From IMG/VR virus record IMGVR_UViG_3300022934_000004: a stretch of DNA of 64,000 bases; one strand, given 5' to 3'. This DNA is from a virus. How positions within the stretch are numbered: position 1 is the stretch's first letter; each line of letters opens with the position of its first letter. This document shows, in pieces, positions 8,502 to 17,154 of the stretch. Under the pieces are notes generated by a model. The model was not told the DNA's origin and did no database searches. It saw nothing but the letters and a program-made list of their open reading frames with translations. The position numbers and the translations under genes were made by a program.

Positions 8502-8686
8502 ATATTTTCCCTGCTAGTCTTATCAACACTCAAAATCATTGGATGGTTGGTACTGAATGGCCTTTTGCTAAAGGCACTGTTACTATGCATGACGAAGGCT
8601 TTAGTTGTACATGTCAAAAGAAACCACGTAAAGCATGTAGTCACATTAGAAATGTAAAGCTAAGAATATATGGAGTGTACCAATGA
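8498..8686 (+). CDS. SWIM-type zinc-finger protein (start moved to 8498)
   Basis: FSCTC..KPRKACSHI; AGGAG RBS. Confidence 0.7.
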   Translation: MNIFPASLINTQNHWMVGTEWPFAKGTVTMHDEGFSCTCQKKPRKACSHIRNVKLRIYGVYQ

Positions 8687-9027
8687 GTATGCATATGATT
8701 CGTGGTGTGCAAGTCCACGGTAAATCAAAAATTAAACGTAAACCTGGTTGGAAAAAAGCTCAACAAGAGCATGAAGAATTTCTAAAGAAAATGGGTGTGA
8801 CTGGCAAAAAATCTAATTATCGAGCTCCTATGCCTGATTATAGTTCAAATCGTCAGTCACTTCCAACTTCAGATGTTATATGCGGCAACGGCACAAAACG
8901 TGACGCTCAAAAATATACAGGTGATGAGATTGCTGGTATTGTTGTTACACACAAATCTAATCTTATGCCTGTTCGTAAAGACAATAAAAAAGCATTTGTT
9001 GATGCTGCTCAAATGCGGAGAAATTAA
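8683..9027 (+). CDS. Hypothetical phage protein
   Basis: GGAG RBS, ATGA overlap; GIVVTHKSNLMPV motif. Confidence 0.7.
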   Translation: MSMHMIRGVQVHGKSKIKRKPGWKKAQQEHEEFLKKMGVTGKKSNYRAPMPDYSSNRQSLPTSDVICGNGTKRDAQKYTGDEIAGIVVTHKSNLMPVRKDNKKAFVDAAQMRRN

Positions 9028-9785
9028 TGATAGATTGGAATATATTTCACGATAGAGGATATGTTATTTCTGACAAATTATTTAACGAAGAGGACATTAC
9101 ATCTCTTAATGAAATGGCTAGTAAATTAGACCCTTCTATTGGTCAATCAAAACAAGGATGGTATAATTACTTACGTTTGCATGAAGAACGTGACAACGGA
9201 GTTGATATATTAAATGATATTGAATGGTCATATTTTTGGTCTCATACACCTTTAGATAATCCAATTATCAATGAAAAAATTTTACCAGTGCTATCTGAGA
9301 TCTGTGATCTAGCTTTTGATGGATGGGATTGGGGATGGCAAGATACAAATCGATATATTGTTCAAAATTATCCTCATGATGAGTCTCAAGCAGGAGTTCA
9401 TCCTCATTTTGATGCTCCATACATTTGGCCTCAAATGCCAGAAAAACAAATGGCAAAAGAATTACAAGAAGGAATCTTAAGTGTCACCTTTATTGTTCCA
9501 TTAATGAACTTTACTGTGGAAACTGGTGCTACAGGTGTAGTGCCAGGGACTCATAAATTTATTTGGGATACCGCTAAATGGAATGATGCTAAAGATTATA
9601 CCACACAATTTTTTAAAGATAACTATGTACAACCAGAAGTAGAAATAGGTAGAGTTGCGTGTTTTTATGGAAATATTTTACATAGTGTTATGCCAAACCA
9701 ATCTGATATGATTAGGCGTGGAATAATTTATCGAGGCATAAGACAAGATGCACTTGATGAAATGAAAAAGTATGAATTAGGATAA
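9027..9785 (+). CDS. Phytanoyl-CoA dioxygenase (PhyH)-like Fe(II)/2OG oxygenase
   Basis: HFD (HxD), GATGVVPGTH, distal ILH, late Arg. Confidence 0.8.
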   Translation: MIDWNIFHDRGYVISDKLFNEEDITSLNEMASKLDPSIGQSKQGWYNYLRLHEERDNGVDILNDIEWSYFWSHTPLDNPIINEKILPVLSEICDLAFDGWDWGWQDTNRYIVQNYPHDESQAGVHPHFDAPYIWPQMPEKQMAKELQEGILSVTFIVPLMNFTVETGATGVVPGTHKFIWDTAKWNDAKDYTTQFFKDNYVQPEVEIGRVACFYGNILHSVMPNQSDMIRRGIIYRGIRQDALDEMKKYELG

Positions 9786-9795
9786 GGAGATACGA

Positions 9796-10056
9796 ATGTA
9801 TAAAGAAGATATTGTAGCACATCTTGTACGTAAAACTGCTACCATCACTTTTGATAAAAAAGATGGCACTGAACGAGTTATGAAGTGCACTCTAATGAAA
9901 AGCCTGTTGCCTGAACAAATGGACATTGAGGAAAAAATGGACGGCGATCGTGTAGCCGGTAATCCAAATGTACTAGCAGTATGGGATCTTGAAAAAAACG
10001 ATTGGCGTAGTTTTAGAATTGATAGTGTCAAAGAAATGGTTTTTCACGACGTATAA
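9796..10056 (+). CDS. WYL_2/SH3-barrel (DUF2693-like) protein
   Basis: ITFDKKDGTERVMKCTL...VWDLEKNDWRSFRIDSV. Confidence 0.75.
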   Translation: MYKEDIVAHLVRKTATITFDKKDGTERVMKCTLMKSLLPEQMDIEEKMDGDRVAGNPNVLAVWDLEKNDWRSFRIDSVKEMVFHDV

Positions 10057-10059
10057 ATA
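10052..10059 (+). promoter_or_regulatory. T4-type late promoter TATAAATA
   Basis: Exact gp55 consensus at a gene boundary. Confidence 0.6.
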
Positions 10060-10083
10060 GTGGTATTATTACCGGAGAAAAGC

Positions 10084-10428
10084 ATGGAAAATGAATTCGA
10101 TTCAAACGGATATGGAATTTTAATTCGTACTGAAGATTCAGACGATCTTATTGCTTTGCGTGATGCTAGACCTCCTGGTCAAGAGGTATTTAATCCTGCA
10201 GTTACTGCAATTAAAGATATGTTTTGGCGTAAATTTGGAAAAATTTGGATAGATGATAATCCTCATCCTTTTTATGTTACAGTAGATGATGGTATACCAA
10301 CGCCAGATGGCAAAGATATAGTAGAATATTTTAATAGTGACACTATTACTCTATGGGAATATAGACAAAATAAATGGATGACTTTCCATATAACACAAGT
10401 CGCTCAAACAAAAACAGGTAGTAAATAA
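10084..10428 (+). CDS. Hypothetical protein with divergent WYL_2-like C-terminus
   Basis: GGAG RBS before ATG 10084; ITLWEYRQNKWMTFHITQV. Confidence 0.6.
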   Translation: MENEFDSNGYGILIRTEDSDDLIALRDARPPGQEVFNPAVTAIKDMFWRKFGKIWIDDNPHPFYVTVDDGIPTPDGKDIVEYFNSDTITLWEYRQNKWMTFHITQVAQTKTGSK

Positions 10429-10604
10429 TGGATATAGCAATACCTTTTTTCATTTGGATTACAATGCTAATATGTTGGCTTATTGGCCGGCGGTCAAGTC
10501 AAAACGAAATAATTGAAACAACTATTAATGTTTTAATTTCTAAAGGATACTTGAAGGCAAGCATTGATGAAGATGGTGAAATAATTTTAGAAAAATTGAA
10601 ATAA
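10428..10604 (+). CDS. 58-aa membrane-anchored protein (not in ORF track)
   Basis: MDIAIPFFIWITMLICWLIGRR...LEKLK; TAATG coupling. Confidence 0.6.
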   Translation: MDIAIPFFIWITMLICWLIGRRSSQNEIIETTINVLISKGYLKASIDEDGEIILEKLK

Positions 10605-10608
10605 ATGG

Positions 10609-10637
10609 TTTACTTTTCATTTAAACTGTGGTAGAAT
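10609..10637 (+). promoter_or_regulatory. Early promoter
   Basis: (G)TTTACT-N17-TAGAAT with TGTGG, matching the T4 early consensus. Confidence 0.75.
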
Positions 10638-10665
10638 ATACTATATGTAATGATGGAGGAAGCCA

Positions 10666-11139
10666 ATGGCTATTCGTAAAAAGCGTAAACCTATGTCACC
10701 TGAACAACGCGCCGCGGCTGGTGAAAGATTAAGAAAAGCCCGCGAAAAACGTATGAAGGAGAATCCACCTAAGTATAAAAACATTCATCCTAGCGTCCTT
10801 GCACGTTCTGAGGAGGATCCATTTTATTTCCGTAAAATTCAAGAGTGGATTAAAATCCAAAAAGAAGAACTAGCTATTGCTCGTAGCATGCTTCGTAGAA
10901 AAGAAAAAGGAGCAGAGGCTAAAGTAGCTAGCCATCAAGCTTATATTCGTAATCTTGAAACATATCTAAGAACTGGTACTTACCAAGATATGTTTTATGG
11001 AGAAAGACAGCAAAATAAGATTAGGTACGTCTGTCACACTCCAGCGTTTCACCCGGATGGAACACAAAAATTTTCATATGGTGTCTTCTATCCTAGTCTA
11101 GGAGTTACCTATACAGGCCTAGAGGAAGAGAATGCTTGA
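10666..11139 (+). CDS. Hypothetical basic protein of T4-like phages
   Basis: GGAGG RBS; K/R-rich N-terminus. Confidence 0.75.
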   Translation: MAIRKKRKPMSPEQRAAAGERLRKAREKRMKENPPKYKNIHPSVLARSEEDPFYFRKIQEWIKIQKEELAIARSMLRRKEKGAEAKVASHQAYIRNLETYLRTGTYQDMFYGERQQNKIRYVCHTPAFHPDGTQKFSYGVFYPSLGVTYTGLEEENA

Positions 11140-11362
11140 AGCAGAATTTATGAATAAATCAAAATTTAGTAAAATAGTAGAAAAGCAGGTTATGGATAAA
11201 AAACTCGACTACATTGAAGCTGTAGTCGAGGCCTGCAAAGCCACAAACATCGATCCAGAAGATGTAAAGAAATTCATCTCTCCTGTTATTAAGGAGAAGA
11301 TTGAAGCAGAGGCAATGCGATTAAATTATTTGCCTCGTCAAAATACTTTGTTTTTTGAATAA
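11132..11362 (+). CDS. gp33: Late transcription coactivator gp33
   Basis: FSKIVE...DYIEAVVEAC..NIDPEDVKKFISPVIKEKIEAEAMRLNYL. Confidence 0.85.
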   Translation: MLEAEFMNKSKFSKIVEKQVMDKKLDYIEAVVEACKATNIDPEDVKKFISPVIKEKIEAEAMRLNYLPRQNTLFFE

Positions 11363-11369
11363 ATAATCA

Positions 11370-11398
11370 TGTACATTTCAGAAAATATAGTGTATAAT
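11370..11398 (+). promoter_or_regulatory. Sigma70-type promoter for gp32 (a late-like AATAAATA lies at 11358-11365)
   Basis: TGTACA-N17-TATAAT. Confidence 0.7.
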
Positions 11399-11435
11399 AT
11401 TTCAGTAACATTTCAGACATACGGAGAATACAATC

Positions 11436-12353
11436 ATGTCTTTTGCAAACCTTAAACGTAATAAAAATAAAATTGACCAGTTGGTAGCAGCAGCGGAAGC
11501 AACTGGTGGTGGAAGTTCAAATAATAAGTATGAAGATACTCGTTTTTGGAAACCCACAGTAGATAAAGCCAACAATGGCTACGCTGTAATCCGATTCTTA
11601 CCAGCAGCTGAAGGTAATGACTTGCCGTGGAATCGCTATTGGGACCACGGGTTTAAGGGCCCAACAGGTCGTTGGTATATCGAAAAATCACTTACCTCTA
11701 TTGGCCAAAATGATCCAGTCGGTGAACTAAACTCTCGCCTTTGGAATTCTGGTATTGAGGCTGACAAACAAAAAGCCCGTAATCAAAAACGTCGGCTTCA
11801 TTACGTATCAAACGTAATGGTTGTTAGTGATCCAGCAAATCCAGATAATGAAGGTAAAGTATTCCTTTATCAATATGGTAAAAAAATCTTTGATAAACTA
11901 ATGGATGCTATGCAACCTGAGTTTGCTGATGAAGAACCAGTTAACCCATTCGATTTTTGGAATGGAGCGAACTTTAAGCTTAAAATTCGTGATGTTGAAG
12001 GTTATCGTAACTATGATAAGTCTGAGTTCTCTGCCCCTAGCGCATTAAATGACGATGATGCAGAGCTTGAAAAGATTTATAATGGACTCTATGACTTACG
12101 TGAATTTACTGATGCAAGTCAGTATAAATCTTATGACGAGCTTAAAGCAAAGTTGATGAGTGTTCTTGGTGAAGAAGCAAATGCTGGCGCACCTAAGATT
12201 GATGATGAAATTAAACTAGGCAATGAAACTCCTGCACCTAGCATGAAAGAATCTGCTCCATCAACTATTGAGGAGACCATCTCATCTAATGATGATGAGG
12301 ATGATCTCATGGCTCATTTTTCTCAGCTTCTGGATGACGACGAAGCTGCTTAA
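11436..12353 (+). CDS. gp32: Single-stranded DNA-binding protein gp32
   Basis: DTRFWKPTVDKANNGYAVIRFLP, HGFKGPTGRWYIE, YGKKIFDK, GANFKLKIR, acidic tail. Confidence 0.95.
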   Translation: MSFANLKRNKNKIDQLVAAAEATGGGSSNNKYEDTRFWKPTVDKANNGYAVIRFLPAAEGNDLPWNRYWDHGFKGPTGRWYIEKSLTSIGQNDPVGELNSRLWNSGIEADKQKARNQKRRLHYVSNVMVVSDPANPDNEGKVFLYQYGKKIFDKLMDAMQPEFADEEPVNPFDFWNGANFKLKIRDVEGYRNYDKSEFSAPSALNDDDAELEKIYNGLYDLREFTDASQYKSYDELKAKLMSVLGEEANAGAPKIDDEIKLGNETPAPSMKESAPSTIEETISSNDDEDDLMAHFSQLLDDDEAA

Positions 12354-13993
12354 AATGGAATTGATGCCTCGGTGGTGTTTGGCATCGCCGGGGTATTCAT
12401 TACTGTAGTGTCATTATTGTTAGTAACTCTAGCATCATTTACAGCATTAACAACTTGATTTTGGAATTGGTTTCCTAATTGAGTAAGTCTATCTCTTTGT
12501 GCTTGCATCATGTCCGCTAATTCATTATTTCTTCTAGTAATGTTAGCGTCTCTTGATGCATTTCTTCTATTAATACTTGCTTGAGCTGAAGCTCTAGTCG
12601 AAGCATCACCAACACCAGCAGTAAATCCTTCAGTAATTACTATTTCTTTATTAAACGGCCAAGGTAGCGTAACAGCAAGTCTTGGCATAGTAAACTGTAA
12701 ATTCTCTGATAGCATAAGGTAAAGCTCATCTCCAAGATTAGCAACAAATGTTGTTAATCTTTCAAATGCATTTTTAACACCAGTAACAATCTTGGTGATT
12801 TGTATTTCAAAGTCAGCTACGATAATATCTTTCATTAATATAAAATTATCAGCAACAAAACGAACCACACCTTTTATTCCAGCCCATAATGGATCAACTA
12901 AATCAGTAAAGCTGAATCCACGTAAGACTTCAGCCATGTTATCCATTCCAAATTTATCAAGCAACCAAGCTGGAACAGTAAAGAATAATAGGTCAAATGC
13001 TTCGGTGATGCCTTTTATGACACCAAGCACACCACCTTCAACTCCTGCTAATAATTTTTCACCAAATGTAGCACCTTCTTCTTCACCAGTAAATCCTTTA
13101 TAAAATCCTTGTACAAAATCAATTACAGTTAATACAATTTGAGTAAATGGCCTTAGAGCAGTTTTCATAATAAACTCTAAAGGTTTTAAAGCTGGCTTTA
13201 AAATATTGAATATAGATCCAATAACACCAAGTATGCCTTTGCCAGCAACGCCAGTGCCGCCATCTGGAAAATTACCAATAATGCCCATAACACCTTCTGT
13301 AAAGGTTTGTATACTCTGCATTTTTGGAAATTCTACAGTAATCTTTGGTAGTTTTGGCATGTCAATATCTTGAACAGCACCAATAATTTTACCACTTATA
13401 GCATCTTTATATTGTATGGCTGGTAATTTTATTTTATAATCTATAAAATTCTTTGCAGCATCAACTACTTTACCAGCACCGTCCATAAATCGTAGTGCTG
13501 GTAATTTTATTTTATAGTCTATGAAATCAGTAATAGCATCACCTGCTGCAGTTAGAAATCTTAACTTAGGAATTTCCGGCATTTCGATTCTTACTCTTGG
13601 CAAAGCATCAAATATATTTTTAAATCCTTTTAAAAAGCTTTTAATGTTTGTTACTACATCAGGTAGTTTAAGAGCTTTTAGTGCTGCATCTAATCCAGCT
13701 AATGATGCCAATCCTCCTAAAGCTAAAGGTCCTAACAAACCTTTTAACATACCAGGAAGACCTCCTAGCATTCCACCACCGCCGCTGCTTGAGCTTCTAG
13801 AATTATTATTATTAAAGTTAACTTTACTCTGCTTTTGAGCTTCCCTCATCATTTCTAGTTCTTTTAATCGTTGCCGATCTTCTAACTGAAATCTTTTTGC
13901 AAATAAATCATACAACTGATCAATCACGGTTTCCGTGTTTTGTTGGCTAACTCTAGTTGCCATAATTTCTTTAGTTAAGGATTCTAAGCTCAT
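12350..13993 (-). CDS. Tape-measure / baseplate hub gp29-like protein
   Basis: Helical amphipathic repeats; position after gp26/gp51; internal repeat IDYKIKLPA x2. Confidence 0.65.
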   Translation of the reverse strand: MSLESLTKEIMATRVSQQNTETVIDQLYDLFAKRFQLEDRQRLKELEMMREAQKQSKVNFNNNNSRSSSSGGGGMLGGLPGMLKGLLGPLALGGLASLAGLDAALKALKLPDVVTNIKSFLKGFKNIFDALPRVRIEMPEIPKLRFLTAAGDAITDFIDYKIKLPALRFMDGAGKVVDAAKNFIDYKIKLPAIQYKDAISGKIIGAVQDIDMPKLPKITVEFPKMQSIQTFTEGVMGIIGNFPDGGTGVAGKGILGVIGSIFNILKPALKPLEFIMKTALRPFTQIVLTVIDFVQGFYKGFTGEEEGATFGEKLLAGVEGGVLGVIKGITEAFDLLFFTVPAWLLDKFGMDNMAEVLRGFSFTDLVDPLWAGIKGVVRFVADNFILMKDIIVADFEIQITKIVTGVKNAFERLTTFVANLGDELYLMLSENLQFTMPRLAVTLPWPFNKEIVITEGFTAGVGDASTRASAQASINRRNASRDANITRRNNELADMMQAQRDRLTQLGNQFQNQVVNAVNDARVTNNNDTTVMNTPAMPNTTEASIPF

Positions 13994-13999
13994 GGTCGT

Positions 14000-14068
14000 T
14001 TACTTTTCTACTACTACTCGTACGGTTTCACCGTTTGGTAATTGAACTTCTTTTGTTTCTTGGCTCAT
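14000..14068 (-). CDS. 22-aa mini-ORF MSQETKEVQLPNGETVRVVVEK
   Basis: Shares a 13-bp start context with the downstream gene. Confidence 0.35.
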   Translation of the reverse strand: MSQETKEVQLPNGETVRVVVEK

Positions 14069-14073
14069 GGTCG

Positions 14074-14244
14074 TTATCTTCTACGCTGTTGCTGTTGTTT
14101 TTGTCTTTCTTCTTCATCTCTCAAATGTTCTATTAACATAGTTAAATATACTTCTCTCTCCCACGGCATCATCATTTCTATTTCTGACAAACTATAGTTA
14201 TGGTGTTGCATTAATTGGAAATTAATCTTATAATAATTCACCAT
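14074..14244 (-). CDS. gp51: gp51-like baseplate hub assembly protein (probably also the -1 extension of gp26; not in ORF track)
   Basis: NYYKINFQLMQHHNYSLSEIEMMMPWEREVY. Confidence 0.8.
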   Translation of the reverse strand: MVNYYKINFQLMQHHNYSLSEIEMMMPWEREVYLTMLIEHLRDEEERQKQQQQRRR

Positions 14245-14264
14245 CCTATCGTGAGAGAGGCATA

Positions 14265-14969
14265 TTACAAAAAATCTTGCATTCCTTTTAGTTCAATTGT
14301 TTTTTCTTCTTTACAACCAGAGCATTCATAAGTTAGTGTATGAGATACAGAAGGCATAGCTTCTACAAAATCTCTTAAGAGGCTAAATTGTTTAGAGTCT
14401 AATGATTCTAAAAAGTCTAGTCTTTCTTGTAAAGGCTCTTCACTAAATTTAATCACTTCGTTTTCTGTGATTACTTCATCAATACACTCAACTAAAACTC
14501 TAAATGTTTGGTCTGTTGTACTTAAACCGTCAAGGTCTGCGGCTATCATATCTAAGTATTTTGGCCATTTTAAAGATACAGAAATATTATTTGTAATTTC
14601 TATATTTTTATCTACATCTGGCATATTTACTAAAATTTGATCGAGTGGTACTTCCACTGAAGTTGCGGTGTTACACTCTTTGCAAACCGCATTTACTGTA
14701 CTATTTTCTCCTACAGATTTTGATCTAATTTGAATAAACGCGTATTCAATATCAAATGTAGTTAAGTTAGTATAAGAAATATCTTCTTGAATACATGCTT
14801 TTAGTGTATCAACAATAGCAGTCATGGATGCTTTTGTATCTCCACTTTCCGCTGCCAACATAAGAACCTTTTCTTCTTTCACTAAGTAAGGTCTAAATCT
14901 TACTGTTTCTTGTGTAGAAGGAATAACCAATTCATACTTTGGACTTTCATTCAACTTAGGTAGTGCCAT
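14265..14969 (-). CDS. gp26: Baseplate hub assembly chaperone gp26
   Basis: MALPKL..PKYELVIPS...FRPYLVKEEK, IRSKSVGE, two CxxC pairs. Confidence 0.88.
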   Translation of the reverse strand: MALPKLNESPKYELVIPSTQETVRFRPYLVKEEKVLMLAAESGDTKASMTAIVDTLKACIQEDISYTNLTTFDIEYAFIQIRSKSVGENSTVNAVCKECNTATSVEVPLDQILVNMPDVDKNIEITNNISVSLKWPKYLDMIAADLDGLSTTDQTFRVLVECIDEVITENEVIKFSEEPLQERLDFLESLDSKQFSLLRDFVEAMPSVSHTLTYECSGCKEEKTIELKGMQDFL

Positions 14970-14971
14970 TA

Positions 14972-15496
14972 TTATCTCCAGTCTGTAAAGGCCAGTTGTA
15001 CATTCACTTGTACTAATCCGTCCTGATCGTTATTTAATTCAATTACATTTACGGTTGTTGGAAATGCTTCTGATAAGGTGCAAGTATAAACTTCAAATCC
15101 TTGTTTATCTAATTGCTGTATAGTCACCTCTCTAGCAAAATCGTTTTTATACTTTACTTCATATACATTTCTTGAAATAATTTGATCTTGCCAGCCATCC
15201 CAATATCTTTTAATACTATAATCATTATTATCATAAAAAGTTAATGATACATCGTCTACAATGTAACCATATGGCATTTTTTCTGATTTCATGCCATACA
15301 TTCTTTCATTGGTTGTTATTTGTCTTCCTGGTAGTTGTGCTGCATTACACATTAAATCTAAAGTTTTAGAATCATTCTCTGCAAAGGGATCGTTTATACC
15401 TAAAGAACTTGCAGTTGGCAGATAGATTTTCCAAAGATTAGGTCGAGCTAATCCTCTACCCTTGCTTATTGCAGCTTTAAACTCTTCTATTTTCAT
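14972..15496 (-). CDS. gp54: Baseplate-tail tube initiator (gp54 / gp19-like fold)
   Basis: GLARPN, CNAAQLPGR, KMPYG, AFPTTV. Confidence 0.75.
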   Translation of the reverse strand: MKIEEFKAAISKGRGLARPNLWKIYLPTASSLGINDPFAENDSKTLDLMCNAAQLPGRQITTNERMYGMKSEKMPYGYIVDDVSLTFYDNNDYSIKRYWDGWQDQIISRNVYEVKYKNDFAREVTIQQLDKQGFEVYTCTLSEAFPTTVNVIELNNDQDGLVQVNVQLAFTDWR

Positions 15497-16080
15497 CTAA
15501 TCATTTTCCTTGATTCGCGGTACACTTCTGTTTTACTTGCTTTTTGGAAGTCGGCTGTTGGTAAAAACGTAGCAATCTCCCATTCAGGAGGAGGAACATA
15601 AGCAAATCTACTACGTACATTAGAGTTTAAATAATGTTTAAAGCAAGGTGCAAAATGTTTCATTGACGATGTTTTTTGTAACATAGCATAATTAATATTA
15701 AATCGTGTTGACTCATCATATGACATATTATTAGTATTATCTAGAAGACGGTCAAGAAACTTTGCTCTTAAGAGTGGTGGCAAATAATGTAAGTTAAGAC
15801 CATGAAATCCACCAGGAGCTGGCTTTACTACTATTACGAGGGGAAACGAATCATAATACGGTAGTGTTTCTTTGTGCTTAGGATCATAGAAAAACATAAA
15901 CATGCTACCTACGATCTGTCTAGGTTTAAGCTCTAATGGTTCTTGTTGCATAAGCTTTGATCGCGATGGAGCTCTAAGGCGTTGCGCCTTTTGTCGAAAC
16001 CAGTTAATCGACTGACGAGTCCTAGGCTGAATGCCTGCTCTAAATGCATCTAATTCGAGTTGTCTAAATAAATTTGCCAT
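15493..16080 (-). CDS. gp2: DNA end protector gp2 (start moved to ATG 16080)
   Basis: MFFYDPKHKETLPYYDSFPLV, GLNLHYLPP, CFKHYL. Confidence 0.9.
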   Translation of the reverse strand: MANLFRQLELDAFRAGIQPRTRQSINWFRQKAQRLRAPSRSKLMQQEPLELKPRQIVGSMFMFFYDPKHKETLPYYDSFPLVIVVKPAPGGFHGLNLHYLPPLLRAKFLDRLLDNTNNMSYDESTRFNINYAMLQKTSSMKHFAPCFKHYLNSNVRSRFAYVPPPEWEIATFLPTADFQKASKTEVYRESRKMIR

Positions 16081-16081
16081 G

Positions 16082-16621
16082 TTAGTATTTATAATCGAAA
16101 TGTGCAATATCTTTAGCTGCGATTAAACCAACTTTAGTAATCATATCTTCATTATAATGGTCTTTATAGTCAATGCTACCTCCGCTTGAGTTTTTAATAT
16201 CTAAAGGCTTATAGCAGTCATAGAATTCTTGCATTATCTTAAAATCTTCCCACAAATTTTCATATCTTAAAACTATAGTTGAAGGATCAATATACCTTAA
16301 TTGTGGTACTTTAAATTGAGCCATGTCAGTGTTCATTACATATTCTTCGAATGTTAAGCCGTCAACCGCTCTATTTTCTGTGTTCTTATAGTAATTATAG
16401 TAACTAAAGGCTCTTTGCCATGGATTTCTAACACAGCAGAAAATAGTATTTCTTCTTATCCTGTGTGGTGTAGGTAACTGGTTAAGCATAAAATGTTTTC
16501 CTTGCCATGACTTTGGCTTATACCATTTCCCTTTGCAATTATCAATTAGCCAGTTACTAATACTTGTTCCAGCATTCTTTGGAATGTGGATGAATATTGA
16601 ATCATCTGTGAGTATAGTCAT
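16082..16621 (-). CDS. Sulfotransferase family 2 protein
   Basis: FIHIPKNAGTSI, VRNPWQRAFSYY, LRYENL. Confidence 0.82.
   Translation of the reverse strand: MTILTDDSIFIHIPKNAGTSISNWLIDNCKGKWYKPKSWQGKHFMLNQLPTPHRIRRNTIFCCVRNPWQRAFSYYNYYKNTENRAVDGLTFEEYVMNTDMAQFKVPQLRYIDPSTIVLRYENLWEDFKIMQEFYDCYKPLDIKNSSGGSIDYKDHYNEDMITKVGLIAAKDIAHFDYKY
16086..16093 (-). promoter_or_regulatory. Late promoter TATAAATA upstream of gp2
   Basis: TATTTATA on the + strand. Confidence 0.7.
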
Positions 16622-17115
16622 TTCTTTTTCTTTCTCACTGGTCCTAGCGGCTTAAGTTTTTTTATAGGTTTCAGTGGTTTTGGTTTTATTCCCATTTTTT
16701 CTAAATGTTTTTCTGTCCAGATTTGAAATTGCCAGCCTCTGTCTTTAGCAAATTCACTTGCAGCCTTCCACTTATTTTGATTTTTCACGTATTCTAAACC
16801 TTCAGAAAGGTATGCTTTTGTTTTTCTTCCGGGGTAAACAGGAGGTTTTGTTTGTTTTTCAGGTTTCACTTCAACCAGCACAGTTGTGTTGTTAGTGTAT
16901 GTTATTTTTAAATCCATAAAATATCGGTGATATCTCTTATCAACGTCGTATAAGTATGGTATAACTATTTCTTCTGAGCTCCATGTCTTAATGTTAGGAT
17001 TTTCATCACACCACTTAAAACACCATTTTTCCCACATAGATCGATAGACTACATTAGAGCTATCTCCTCTATATTTCTTCTTATTTTTAACTGTGTATCT
17101 TCCTTTATAACTCAT
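16618..17115 (-). CDS. gp4: Head completion nuclease gp4
   Basis: YRSMWE, WSSEEIVIPY, HRYFMD, EVKP, NKWKAA. Confidence 0.9.
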   Translation of the reverse strand: MSYKGRYTVKNKKKYRGDSSNVVYRSMWEKWCFKWCDENPNIKTWSSEEIVIPYLYDVDKRYHRYFMDLKITYTNNTTVLVEVKPEKQTKPPVYPGRKTKAYLSEGLEYVKNQNKWKAASEFAKDRGWQFQIWTEKHLEKMGIKPKPLKPIKKLKPLGPVRKKKK

Positions 17116-17123
17116 AGGATCCA

Positions 17124-17154
17124 TATAAATACTGATAAGATTTTTCTATTTATT
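17124..17154. promoter_or_regulatory. Divergently serving late promoters (TATAAATA on + at 17124-17131; AATAAATA on - at 17147-17154)
   Basis: Located between the divergent gp4 and gp48 genes. Confidence 0.65.
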
